Assembly: GCA_019828565.1 (NCBI GenBank)
Contig: JAHDYR010000024.1
Coordinates: 427,664 to 491,663, forward strand
Length of the DNA: 64,000 bases
Origin: Carpediemonas membranifera BICM
Taxonomy: Eukaryota > Protista > Fornicata
Direction: 5' to 3'
Shown here: one piece after another, positions 49,938-59,526 of the stretch
Numbering within the stretch: the first letter of the stretch is position 1
Layout of the letters: every line of letters starts with the position of its first letter
The notes under the pieces: model-generated
Told to the model about the DNA's origin: nothing
Seen by the model: only the letters and a program-made list of their open reading frames with translations
Database searches by the model: none
Position numbers and translations under genes: made by a program

Positions 49938-52922
49938 ATGTTTAGTTCGACAACCTGGGACCTGGACTACCGCCCAATAGCAAATAAGAAGCAGTTTGAT
50001 TGTACAAAGGATTCAAATGAGCCTCGACTCCGCATTGTCGGCGAGGACGGCGAAGGCGAGGTCCTACTTGTCGCTGAGAGCCTCTTCCACGAGTATAACG
50101 GTAAGAAGAACGTCTCGTCAACACTCCTACGCTATAACGTGCAGACGAGGACGCGTCCCGTGCAGCTTCTAAGCATTCACGAGCCCGTCCGCATCATAAA
50201 CGCCTCGCTCGGCCCTCCCCTCGCCAACAGCGCCAACCGCCTGCCTCTCATCATCACAGTCGGCCAAATCGATGCCCGGGGCGGCAGTCTGTCGCACGAC
50301 GTCAAGATCACGACAGTTCCGTCCGACTTCACCACCGTGCCCACCTCGCTGACTACGGTCTCGGCCAACCTGCGGGGCCGGGCAGGTAAAGACAGCGGCA
50401 GGGGCTACGCGTACATCGTCCGACAGATGTGCACCCCGGACACGCTGACAATGCTCCATGTCACAGCCCTCGGCGTCAATGAATACAGGATCGGGTTCAA
50501 GCGGGGCTTCACACCGAAGATCAGCCTGACCCGCGAGATCACAGCCAAGAAGCAGATTATGTGGCACAGCTTCGACGAGGCGCTCGGCGTGCTGTCAATA
50601 CTGACTCAGCGTTTCAAGTCGCTCGCTCTCACAGTACACCGGCTACGGGACGCCGGTAAGGACAAGCCGCGCGCCATAGTGGACGGAATCCACGTCGCCA
50701 ACATCCCCGAGGCGGCTGAACGCATCCTGGCCCTGGCTCGCAACAAGGACCTCGCCAGGAAGCACCTGCCCTTGGTTGGCGGCGCACTACAGCCGGCCTC
50801 CTCGCTCGTGGCGCCCGTGTCCATCTCTGTGAGCACGATCTCGTCCAACGGCCTCGTGCTGACCGTGATCTCCGCTCCAGCCGACCTGCGCAAGAAAGCT
50901 GCCCCGTCCATCCGACACTTCGTCATCCACCAGTACAAGGCCGTCAGACTCGCAGTCAGCAGCGCCGCGTCCTCAGTGGGGTCGCCCGTGTCTCAGCTGA
51001 TGGGGTCCGACTCGATCCACCGCACGGAGACGGAGGAGCTGCAGACAACCAGGGCCAGACTCATCGCCAGCACCGCCCTGGGGTCCGCCTTCCCACTGTG
51101 GTCTGGCGTGGTCACAGTCAGCCCGGCCTTCGGCGCGGTCCTCGAGGACTACCACCCCTCGCACTCCTGCTCGGAGGGGAGTCTGCTCGCCCACCGCATT
51201 GAGGTCCCAAAGGGCGCCGCTCAGACGGCCATCGACATGTTCGCGGCCGGGGCGGGTGCAAGGGACGCCGCCTCCAACACCCGACTGAGGTCGTACCTGG
51301 ACGACGCCGAGGCCCTGGACGCCGTATTTCCGACGTCGCCATGCCGCTGCAGCACGGTGCTGGTAAGGTCCGAGAAGGCTGTGTTCGAGGTGATAAACCT
51401 CCGCAAGACCAGTCCTGCCGAGATCAGGATCACATTCCCCCACGTGGCGGCCCATCCAGAGCCCTACAACGACATCATCACATTCGACGCCTGGACGAGC
51501 AGGTTCTCCCAGATATACGTCGACGTCGACGCCATCGTGGACAGCCCCGCCTCGCTCAAGCCCGAGGCCTTCCCCTCCGTCCTCCATCTTCTCGCCAGCC
51601 ACCTGGGCGACCGGGAGGCGAGCCTCAGACTCGTCGCCAAGGCCGCCTCAAACGTCGAGCTGTTCGCCAACAGCGCCAACACCATGATCCACGAGGTCGG
51701 CGCCATCCTCCACAGGGACGCGATGATGACCAAGATCTGGGCCGACCAAAGCCCGCGGGACTGCCTCAACATGTTCTTCCTGGCACTATGCGGGGCCTCA
51801 CCCAAGGGCCTCATGCTGCCTGGCGTCATCGCGATGTCCCAGCGGGAGGTGCCCAGCGACATTGCCGAGGTCATCAGCGACGCCGTGTGGGCCGCGAACT
51901 CGATCAAGTGCAACCCCCTTCCCATCGCGACAAAGAGGGACGTCCGCAAGCTGCCAACGACCCTGTCCCCCGGCCCTCAGGTTCAGGCCATCGACTCCTC
52001 TCACCCCCTGTCACCCCGACCCATTCACGAGTCCTTTGGGGCAGGGACAGCGGGAGAGGAGAGCAGACGGGCCAAGGTGCGGACTGACCTGCAGGCACTG
52101 CTGGAGCGGAGCGTGAGGATGATGCCGAAGACACGAACGGCCTGGGCCAAGGCGATCGACCTCTTCATCGCTGAGCACATGGGTCAGCGCGCAGACGCCG
52201 TTCATGCCATCACAGCGGCCGTAGTGCGTCGTAAGGGCAGCGACCACGCGTACAGGGCTACGCTGTTCAATATCCTGCTGCTCATCGACCATGCAGCCCG
52301 GGCTCAGGCGTTGAGGAGCCCGCTGCTGAACGACGCCATTGCCCTGGTCGCCCTCGAGACGCTTCCCTTCACGGAGTTCGTCCAGTTCGTACAAAGGGAC
52401 GTGTTCGACGTGACAAACCTCAACTCCGCCCTGAGACCGACGGCAGAATCCAATGCGTCGTTGCGGACAATGTCACAGGACCTCGCGTACTACATCACTA
52501 CAAGGGCACCCCAGCCGACAATCTTCTACAAGACCATCAACGACATCACCCGAGACAACAGGGCCCACCTCAACACTCTCAGGGCAAAGTTGGAAGTGCA
52601 GTTTAACGTCATACCGCAGTGCTACGACCTGGCGCGGGACCAGACGACCGCGTACATGCGGCTGATGGAGCGGTGGGCGACGTTGACCCCCACGGATGAG
52701 CCCTACGGCGAGGACGACACGGCCCACATGGTGCACTACCCATACCAGCTTTTCATGCGGCATGTGACTCCGTACGTGACCGATGGGGCGGCCAGCGGGA
52801 AGAAGGTTGGCGATAAGGAGAAGGAGCAGCAGCTGATGCTGCAGAAGAGCCTGCGGATGTACTCTGACCTCGTCACGGGGCCAGGGCTGGGGGCTGTCGA
52901 GCCGAGGCGGACGGACGAGTGA
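49938..52922 (+). CDS. Gamma-secretase-activating protein / Pigeon-like protein
   Basis: LRIVGEDGEGEVLL, IINASL, IMWHSFDEALGVL and C-terminal LETLPFTEFVQFVQRDVFDVT resemble GSAP blocks from memory. The CDS is solid; the family call is moderate. Confidence 0.6.
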   Translation: MFSSTTWDLDYRPIANKKQFDCTKDSNEPRLRIVGEDGEGEVLLVAESLFHEYNGKKNVSSTLLRYNVQTRTRPVQLLSIHEPVRIINASLGPPLANSANRLPLIITVGQIDARGGSLSHDVKITTVPSDFTTVPTSLTTVSANLRGRAGKDSGRGYAYIVRQMCTPDTLTMLHVTALGVNEYRIGFKRGFTPKISLTREITAKKQIMWHSFDEALGVLSILTQRFKSLALTVHRLRDAGKDKPRAIVDGIHVANIPEAAERILALARNKDLARKHLPLVGGALQPASSLVAPVSISVSTISSNGLVLTVISAPADLRKKAAPSIRHFVIHQYKAVRLAVSSAASSVGSPVSQLMGSDSIHRTETEELQTTRARLIASTALGSAFPLWSGVVTVSPAFGAVLEDYHPSHSCSEGSLLAHRIEVPKGAAQTAIDMFAAGAGARDAASNTRLRSYLDDAEALDAVFPTSPCRCSTVLVRSEKAVFEVINLRKTSPAEIRITFPHVAAHPEPYNDIITFDAWTSRFSQIYVDVDAIVDSPASLKPEAFPSVLHLLASHLGDREASLRLVAKAASNVELFANSANTMIHEVGAILHRDAMMTKIWADQSPRDCLNMFFLALCGASPKGLMLPGVIAMSQREVPSDIAEVISDAVWAANSIKCNPLPIATKRDVRKLPTTLSPGPQVQAIDSSHPLSPRPIHESFGAGTAGEESRRAKVRTDLQALLERSVRMMPKTRTAWAKAIDLFIAEHMGQRADAVHAITAAVVRRKGSDHAYRATLFNILLLIDHAARAQALRSPLLNDAIALVALETLPFTEFVQFVQRDVFDVTNLNSALRPTAESNASLRTMSQDLAYYITTRAPQPTIFYKTINDITRDNRAHLNTLRAKLEVQFNVIPQCYDLARDQTTAYMRLMERWATLTPTDEPYGEDDTAHMVHYPYQLFMRHVTPYVTDGAASGKKVGDKEKEQQLMLQKSLRMYSDLVTGPGLGAVEPRRTDE

Positions 52923-52957
52923 TTTATATGATGGCAGGATAGCATGTAAAGACTAGG

Positions 52958-54940
52958 TCACCCATGTATCGTGTAGCCGCCGTCCGTGAGTGACAGCGCC
53001 ACGACACCCCGCACCTCTGCCTCGACGCGGCCCCGGAACTCACTGACAACACAGTGCTGGATGCGGGTCGCAGCGAGGACACGGGCCTGGCCGGAGGAGG
53101 TAAGGACACCGTTGGCGATGAGCCCCTCGAACATCGAGGCGACGAGGCCCGGCTCAGCGGTGGGGAAGCCGAACTCCAACGCCACCGGTGTGGTCACCTC
53201 GCCATCTACAGCCACGCGGAGCACGGCGGGCTGGCTGTCGACGTTGAACTCACCGGCGACGTCTATAAACGGGTGCAAGAACTCGGGCACGCTGTCGATG
53301 GCGCCTTCGGGAAGGGGTAACCCAATCGACACGGTCCGGCCTGGCAGCCGCTCCTGCAGCAGGAGGGGCGTGGCCCTGGGCTGGGACAGCAGGGCTAGGC
53401 TCGTCGCTGCGGGCAGGGGGAAGTGGGGCCGGGCTGGGTCGACGAGGTCACCCCGCACAGGTGGCGGCCGCACGACCGTGGCGCCAGGAGGGTAGAGAAA
53501 TATGGCCGGGCCGACCCCAACGGTCGTCATGGCGAGCAGACGGACCCAGGGCTGCAGGGACGGGTCCAGCCCTCGGCCTAGGGCGGGTGTCGGCGTGTCC
53601 AGGTGGGTGGCGCGGGGGCACACGATCAAGCGTGTCGACGCAGGCACGGCCAGCTGACCCGGGCCCTCGGCTAGACGCTCCGTCGCCATGAGGTAAATCC
53701 TGTGGCCTGCGGGGAGGGCCTTAGCGAGGGCGTCCAGGATCACCCCAATTGCTCGCACCGCCGCGACCTTCGTCTCCCGGGAGGACTCGAGGTCGAGCAC
53801 GTGCGGCAGACCGGCAGACTCAGCCATGGGAGTGGGGGCCACCGCCCCGAACTCCGCCGTGATGAGGCGGGCCATGTCCCTTGCCTCCCCATCCCCGGCA
53901 TAGCCCGTCTGCCCGATCTTATGGGCGATGTGGACCAGCTCGGCCGGCCCATCGAGCTCGGCCACCGCCCGGAGGACTGCGGGGTCGAGGGCCACGCCGA
54001 CGCTCGACTCCGCCGTCTCAGCGGCGTCCCCGTCCAGCCAAGAGGAGTGGTAGACGGCGACAGACCTGGGGTCGGCCGGCCCTGGTAGTAGGGCGTGGAC
54101 CAGCCCCACTCGGATGAGGGTCGCGGTCTGCTGGTCCGGCCCGGGCCTGTCGAGGGCGGCCAGGAGCTCGCACTCGTACGGTACAAGGTCAGATACGTCT
54201 GTGAGCACCGCGGCAATGTCGGTCGAGGCGAGACTGACACCGTGATCCGGGATGGACTGGAAGAAGACGCTGCCCTGCGACATGAGGTCCAGCAGGTCGT
54301 CCACGGGGAGCTCCCCCGCTGTCCGAGTGCCCTGTGCAGCCTGTATGAGTCCATACGTCTTGGCCAGCCGTCCACTCGGGCTGGGGCTGTCCGGGTTGGC
54401 GTGCACCGTCCACCAGTGGTCAATCGCGGTCCGGGAGAGAGGGGGGAGCCGCACCTTGGGGGCCGCCGCCCTAGAGAACAGCGACCGTCGGGTGGTGGGC
54501 CTGCGGTCGAGCTGCTCCTGGTACCACGCCCCGTCGACGGCGAACAGCTTGACGATGTCTGCCCTGGTAAAGGGAGAGACGTCCTGCCACGCCGTCCCCG
54601 CCGCCAGTTGCTGCTCTATCAGCGTCTCGTAGAACATTGGGACGGGCATGTCCGCGGCGAGGCAGTCGGGGAGGAGGGCGTATGGAAACACCTGCCCGGC
54701 CTTCGCCAGTGCCGCCATCATGCGCTTATAGTACTGCTTCTCCTTCATCTCGGGCTTCATATCGCGCCTCCACCGTCTGCGCTGGAGGAAAAGGACCTGC
54801 TGCTGCTGGCTCTTGGAGACACGGCCCGCAGGCGGGTCCAGCGGGCCTGCAAACGGCGACTTGCCCGGTATTCCCGCTATTGAGATGTTGTAGTGGCTCT
54901 CCAGGTCCGTGGAGAAGTCCATACACAGATCATCGCCCAT
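52958..54940 (-). CDS. FAM91A1: FAM91A1-like protein
   Basis: EKQYY...VFPYAL, FTRADIVKLF, AIDHWW.V, C-terminal LEFGFP match FAM91 blocks. Confidence 0.72.
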   Translation of the reverse strand: MGDDLCMDFSTDLESHYNISIAGIPGKSPFAGPLDPPAGRVSKSQQQQVLFLQRRRWRRDMKPEMKEKQYYKRMMAALAKAGQVFPYALLPDCLAADMPVPMFYETLIEQQLAAGTAWQDVSPFTRADIVKLFAVDGAWYQEQLDRRPTTRRSLFSRAAAPKVRLPPLSRTAIDHWWTVHANPDSPSPSGRLAKTYGLIQAAQGTRTAGELPVDDLLDLMSQGSVFFQSIPDHGVSLASTDIAAVLTDVSDLVPYECELLAALDRPGPDQQTATLIRVGLVHALLPGPADPRSVAVYHSSWLDGDAAETAESSVGVALDPAVLRAVAELDGPAELVHIAHKIGQTGYAGDGEARDMARLITAEFGAVAPTPMAESAGLPHVLDLESSRETKVAAVRAIGVILDALAKALPAGHRIYLMATERLAEGPGQLAVPASTRLIVCPRATHLDTPTPALGRGLDPSLQPWVRLLAMTTVGVGPAIFLYPPGATVVRPPPVRGDLVDPARPHFPLPAATSLALLSQPRATPLLLQERLPGRTVSIGLPLPEGAIDSVPEFLHPFIDVAGEFNVDSQPAVLRVAVDGEVTTPVALEFGFPTAEPGLVASMFEGLIANGVLTSSGQARVLAATRIQHCVVSEFRGRVEAEVRGVVALSLTDGGYTIHG

Positions 54941-55235
54941 TTCGATGTCGAGCGAGCCGTTCTACCATGATGCATTCATTTCAACACGGCCGAAAGCTGC
55001 CGTGGAATCATTGCTAGCTTGGTCTAGATCGGCACAGCTGACCTCCTTTCCTGATGTGGCTGGCCGCAGGGTGTCTCTGCGTTTCAATGCCTCACTCACA
55101 GACGGTAATGAAATGGCACGGCGCCTGTAATGAGACTGCCACGCGCTGGTGTTACACTGATTCGTTCAAGACATTGTGACCTCCAGTTATGAGGGGTCCA
55201 CTTCGCACTTTAACCCTTGCCACTCGTCGTGCGGT

Positions 55236-56856
55236 ATGAATTTCTCCCGAAGGAAGAAGTCTGTGTCGTCCCTGCCAGTCCCCACAGCACCCAGAATATC
55301 CTATAACGTCATCAAGATCAACAGACATGGCAAACGCCAGAACCGGTTTGTGAAGGGAGTTCCGCTCACGCAGTATTCTCAATCTTTCCACTGACGGAGT
55401 CAGAAACATGAATGGGTCATCGATACAGTGGCACATGGACTCAAAGGATGTCCACTCGGTAACCGTGGCTCCTGACGGCAAGTCGTTCACCATGAGCGTG
55501 CTTCAGCACTACTCATTCGAGCCCGAGTCCATGGAACACATGTGCCAGATCATCTCCTCCTTCGAGAACCTCAACATCGTCGACTCCGTCAAGCGCCCAC
55601 CCGCGCTGGCTGAGCAGATTGCGCTGTCGAGGCGCGGCCCCGTGCACCCGATGATGACCTTCGACAACCTGCCCGCCTTCCCCAGCACAGAGAAGACGGA
55701 GCAGATGCTCTCCGACGACGACGACGACGAGTTCCCGTCCGACGATGGGCAGGACACGATCCCGATTGCCGCCCAGGAACGGAGGGATGTGGTTCAGCAC
55801 GACGAGGGCGTCGGGCCCGACAACTTCACGCTACTGTACCTGATCGGGAAGGGGTCCTTTGCAAAGGTCTTCCTGGTCCGCAAGAACGACACCGGTGACC
55901 TTTACGCCATGAAGGTCATGCGCAAGGCCGAGCTCGTGCGCCGCGACCAGGTCCACCACACGATGACCGAGCACCTTGTGCTGAAGCAGCTGACGCACCC
56001 CTTCATGGTCCAGCTGCACTACTCCTTCCAGACCCCTACCAAGCTCTACCTCGTGCTCGACTTCGCGTACGGCGGCGAGCTCTTCTACCACCTCAAGAAG
56101 ACCGGCCGCTTCCCTGAGATGCTGGCGGTGTTCTACACGGCCGAGATCCTGCTGGCCCTCAACTTCCTTCACTCCCGTCACATCATCTACCGCGACCTCA
56201 AGCCCGAGAACGTCCTGCTCGACAAGGAGGGCCACGTCAAGCTGGCGGACTTCGGCCTGTCCAAGGCCGGCGTCACCGCGGTCGGGGGTGGGTCCGGCGG
56301 CATCTCGGCCAAGACGTTCTGTGGCACTCCCGAGTACATCGCCCCAGAGGTCCTGACTGGCGTCGGACACGGCAAGGGCGTCGACTGGTGGTCCACCGGC
56401 GTGCTGCTGTTTGAGATGCTCACCGGGTCGCCGCCTTTCTACTCCAAGAACCGCCAGCAGATGTACAGAAACGTCATCCGCGGCAAGATCGCCTTCCCCT
56501 CCGTGATCGGGCCCGAGGCGCAGGACTTCCTCTCGCGTATCCTTGTCCGCAGGCCCGAGGACCGTCTGGGGGCCAACGGGTTTGACGAGATCAAAACCCA
56601 CCCCCTCTTCAAGAGCATCGACTGGGCCCGACTCGAGGCCCGCCAGGCACCCCCTCCCTTCCGGCCTCGCCTTCGTGAGGACGACCTGACTGCGAACTTC
56701 GACCCCGAGTTCACCAGTGAAACCCCACGGGACTCGTACGTGCCACCAGAGCAGGGAGGGGTCGAGCGGGACGTCCAGGAGACATTCGACGCATTCACCT
56801 TCAACAAGGACGTCGATGCCCGGTTGCCGCAGAGCAGGTGGGCTGCGGAGCAGTGA
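55236..56856 (+). CDS. AGC-family Ser/Thr kinase (PKB/SGK/S6K-like) with an N-terminal PH-like domain; 2 exons (55236-55345, 55374-56856)
   Basis: GKGSFAKV, YAMKV, YRDLKPEN, DFG, TFCGTPEY, NFDPEFT, hydrophobic motif FDAFTF. Confidence 0.93.
55346..55373 (+). other. Spliceosomal intron, 28 nt (AGC kinase)
   Basis: GTTTGT...GCTCACGCAG; gives YNVIKINRHGKRQNRILNL in frame with the kinase. Confidence 0.88.
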
Positions 56857-56890
56857 TAAAGTACCATGCTGTGTCGATAAGTTTATAAGA

Positions 56891-57385
56891 CTAGCGCATC
56901 CTGTTACTGTATGCCAGGATGGGGCTGTAGATGGCGGACGCGTCCCGGGATCCTGGGCCGGGGCTGCGGGTGCTGGCGGGCCGGACGGAGTGCGAAAGAA
57001 TGGGGGACGCCGACAGTACGGATACGGCGGGCTCGGGCTCAGGCATGCGGCCGTATGACGGCGGTGGTGTGTTCCTGGGCTCATACATGGACTGCTGGAG
57101 CGATACAGGGCCTCCCTGGATCTCGGCATTGATACCCGTGAGCAGCGATTGGCTCCGGTCCATGCTGGACTGGATCTCCGCCAGTTGCGCCTGGATGCGC
57201 CCCATTTGGTCCATCTTCTGCTTCTTGAGCATCTTGAGGTGGCGGGCGCCGTCAGAGAAGCAGTCCCGACCATACTTGAGCGTGAAGTTCTCCGCCGTCG
57301 TCAGGTCGGCATCAATTTCCTGAATTTCTGCTTCTAGCACAACATAGTGCGATCGAAGTTGTTGATCAAGCCCTGTAGGGGTCAT
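56891..57385 (-). CDS. Hypothetical protein, coiled coil plus Pro/Ser-rich tail
   Basis: 164-aa ATG ORF filling the gap. Confidence 0.65.
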   Translation of the reverse strand: MTPTGLDQQLRSHYVVLEAEIQEIDADLTTAENFTLKYGRDCFSDGARHLKMLKKQKMDQMGRIQAQLAEIQSSMDRSQSLLTGINAEIQGGPVSLQQSMYEPRNTPPPSYGRMPEPEPAVSVLSASPILSHSVRPASTRSPGPGSRDASAIYSPILAYSNRMR

Positions 57386-57472
57386 TTGGCGTCAATGTAT
57401 AGTGAATAAACGTGCGAAATTCTGCAAGGCAACCTTCACCAACCAACCGCCCCCCCACAAGACTAGGGATAT

Positions 57473-58452
57473 TTAATGCTTCGTCCACACGGCGTCCGTC
57501 TTGTGGACACGGTCGGCGGGCACGTCGTACTGGGAGACAGCCTTGATCAGGGCGATGCCGATGGAGGACTCAAGCTTGTGCTTCTCGTCGTGGGTCAGGA
57601 AGTCGTTCGAGCGGCGCTGGGCGAGGACGATGTTGGCGCCGGCGGGCTTGATGGTGCCGTGTGAGCTGCGGGCGAGGTCGAACAGGTGGAACGTCTCCAT
57701 CTCAATGGCGACGGTGTTGGGGTACTTGGCAACGAGGTCGTCGACGACAGTCTCGTTGCGGTCGTCGAAGTAGGTGTTGGTACGGCCCTGGGAGGAGTAG
57801 AACGAGCAGCCAGAGGCGTTCACACCCTCGTGCACGTTGGCCTCACCGACGGCGGCGGCACACTCCTTGTTGACGAGGTCCTGGAGGACGCGGTCGGCGG
57901 GAGCAAGGCGGGTGATCTTGAAGGGCATCTTGCGGTCGGTGTCGTCAGCATCCTCGGCGAAGGCATCAGGGTTGCGGTAGATGCCGCAGCAGCCACCTCC
58001 AGAGACGGCGATGTGGCCGACGGGGATGTCAGGCTGGGGGGTGCCGCAGGTGCCGAAGCGGACGATGGCGAGATCACCCTCGACAATGGCGCGCAGCTCA
58101 CGGACGACGAAGTCCATGTTGGGGAAACCCATCATGGAGGCGACGATGGAGACGGGGACCTTGTTGTAGAAGCCGGTGTAGATGACGAAGCCGCGAGGAG
58201 ACTTGTTCTCGAAGACAATCTCGTCAAGGAGGGTGGAGAGGAACTTGGCACGGCCAACATCGCCGCAGGTGACGATGCGGTTGGCGACTGCGTGAGAGAA
58301 ACTATGTGTAACGAACCGTGGCCTTCCTTGACGCCGAGGTGGTACACCAGCCCGTTGCCGTCACGGGGGAAGTTAGCATCAGTGCAGTTAGAGATCTCAG
58401 TAGTTTCGGGGACCTGTGTAGGGCGTATTTGGGTGGAACGAACACCAGACAT
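57473..58452 (-). CDS. Uridine/nucleoside phosphorylase (NP-I family); 2-3 exons
   Basis: DANFP.DGNGLVYHLG, spliced VANRIVTCGDVGRA, MGFPNMDF, RFGTCG, SFYSSQGR, EMETF. Confidence 0.92.
58288..58316 (-). other. Spliceosomal intron, 29 nt
   Basis: GTTCGT...TCTCACGCAG; removal restores the frame (EGHVANRI). Confidence 0.92.
58414..58443 (-). other. Probable in-frame spliceosomal intron, 30 nt
   Basis: GTTCGT...CCCTACACAG right after ATG TCT GGT; fits the consensus but is not needed to keep the frame. Confidence 0.7.
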
Positions 58453-58750
58453 CGATGATTCGACGATTTGAGGGTAAAGCTGCACTTTGTCGCGGTCTCG
58501 ATCGGTCCACCAGAATTGATGCACCCGAATCTCTGTCCAATCGCACTGTCTCATCTAATCTCGGCCGCTAGTAAGGTGTCCATGGCCGTAGTGAGGATGC
58601 ATAGCTCGGTCAGGACAGCCACGGTTAGCCCTGCTCGCCGTCAGTCAGTCGTGATGGGGGTCTGCTGCATCTGAGACGTGCTGCTGCGGTGCCAATAACA
58701 TTCCAGCGCGGGTACAAGCGCCGCAGTTTTTGTTCTCCGACGCTGGTGAC

Positions 58751-59437
58751 ATGGACGTCGACGAAATTATCACTGTTAACGAGGAAACGCCGCGCGATAC
58801 GAATGAAGACCTCCTTGATATTCTCACTATCACAGACATTGGGCCTGTTGTCGCCGAGAAGGGCATGCAATACTGCATCGACAATATTCTCCCCGAGGTT
58901 TCCACCTACCTCAGCGGATTCGAGTGGAGACCGCGCGCCAAGATGATCCGGCTCTTCCCGTCCCTAGTCGAGCATCTTGCCGAGGAATCCATGTTCAGCG
59001 GGGACGTCGTCGCCGCCCTCTTTTCCGTGTGGCTGTCCGACCCCGTTCAGGCCGTCCGCGCCGCCGCCTCCGAGACCGTGGCCGTAATCACGGGCAAGTT
59101 CGGGCAGGACTGGGGCGCGGCCTCCCTGTCGCCCCAGCTCCAGGGGCTCAGCAAGTCGGACGTCTCTCGCTTCAGGGTCGCCGCCGTGGACGCTCTCGAG
59201 TCACTGATCTCCTTCTTCGATGACTACCACACCGAGCGGTACGCCCTGCCGGTGCTACTCTCCCTCGTTGCCGACCCCGTCCCCAACGTCCGCATCAACG
59301 TCGCCCATGCCCTCAACGCCGTCGCCGTGGGCCACCGCTCGCTGCGGGACAAGGTGCGCGCGGCGATCGAGACGCTGTACACCGACCCGGACCTCGACGT
59401 CAAGGAGGTCGCTGAGGTGGCGCTGAAGCAGTGCTGA
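58751..59437 (+). CDS. Truncated PP2A scaffold (A) subunit-like protein, C-terminal HEAT repeats only
   Basis: EWRPR, WLSDPVQAVRAAA, KFGQDW, DPVPNVRINVA, DPDLDVKEVA. Confidence 0.8.
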   Translation: MDVDEIITVNEETPRDTNEDLLDILTITDIGPVVAEKGMQYCIDNILPEVSTYLSGFEWRPRAKMIRLFPSLVEHLAEESMFSGDVVAALFSVWLSDPVQAVRAAASETVAVITGKFGQDWGAASLSPQLQGLSKSDVSRFRVAAVDALESLISFFDDYHTERYALPVLLSLVADPVPNVRINVAHALNAVAVGHRSLRDKVRAAIETLYTDPDLDVKEVAEVALKQC

Positions 59438-59526
59438 GCATCGATACTGCCTGTTGTGATACATTATGGGGCGGGGCGCCAGTAAATCAGCATCCGCGTC
59501 ACTCACGACTGGTCTCACAAATTTTC

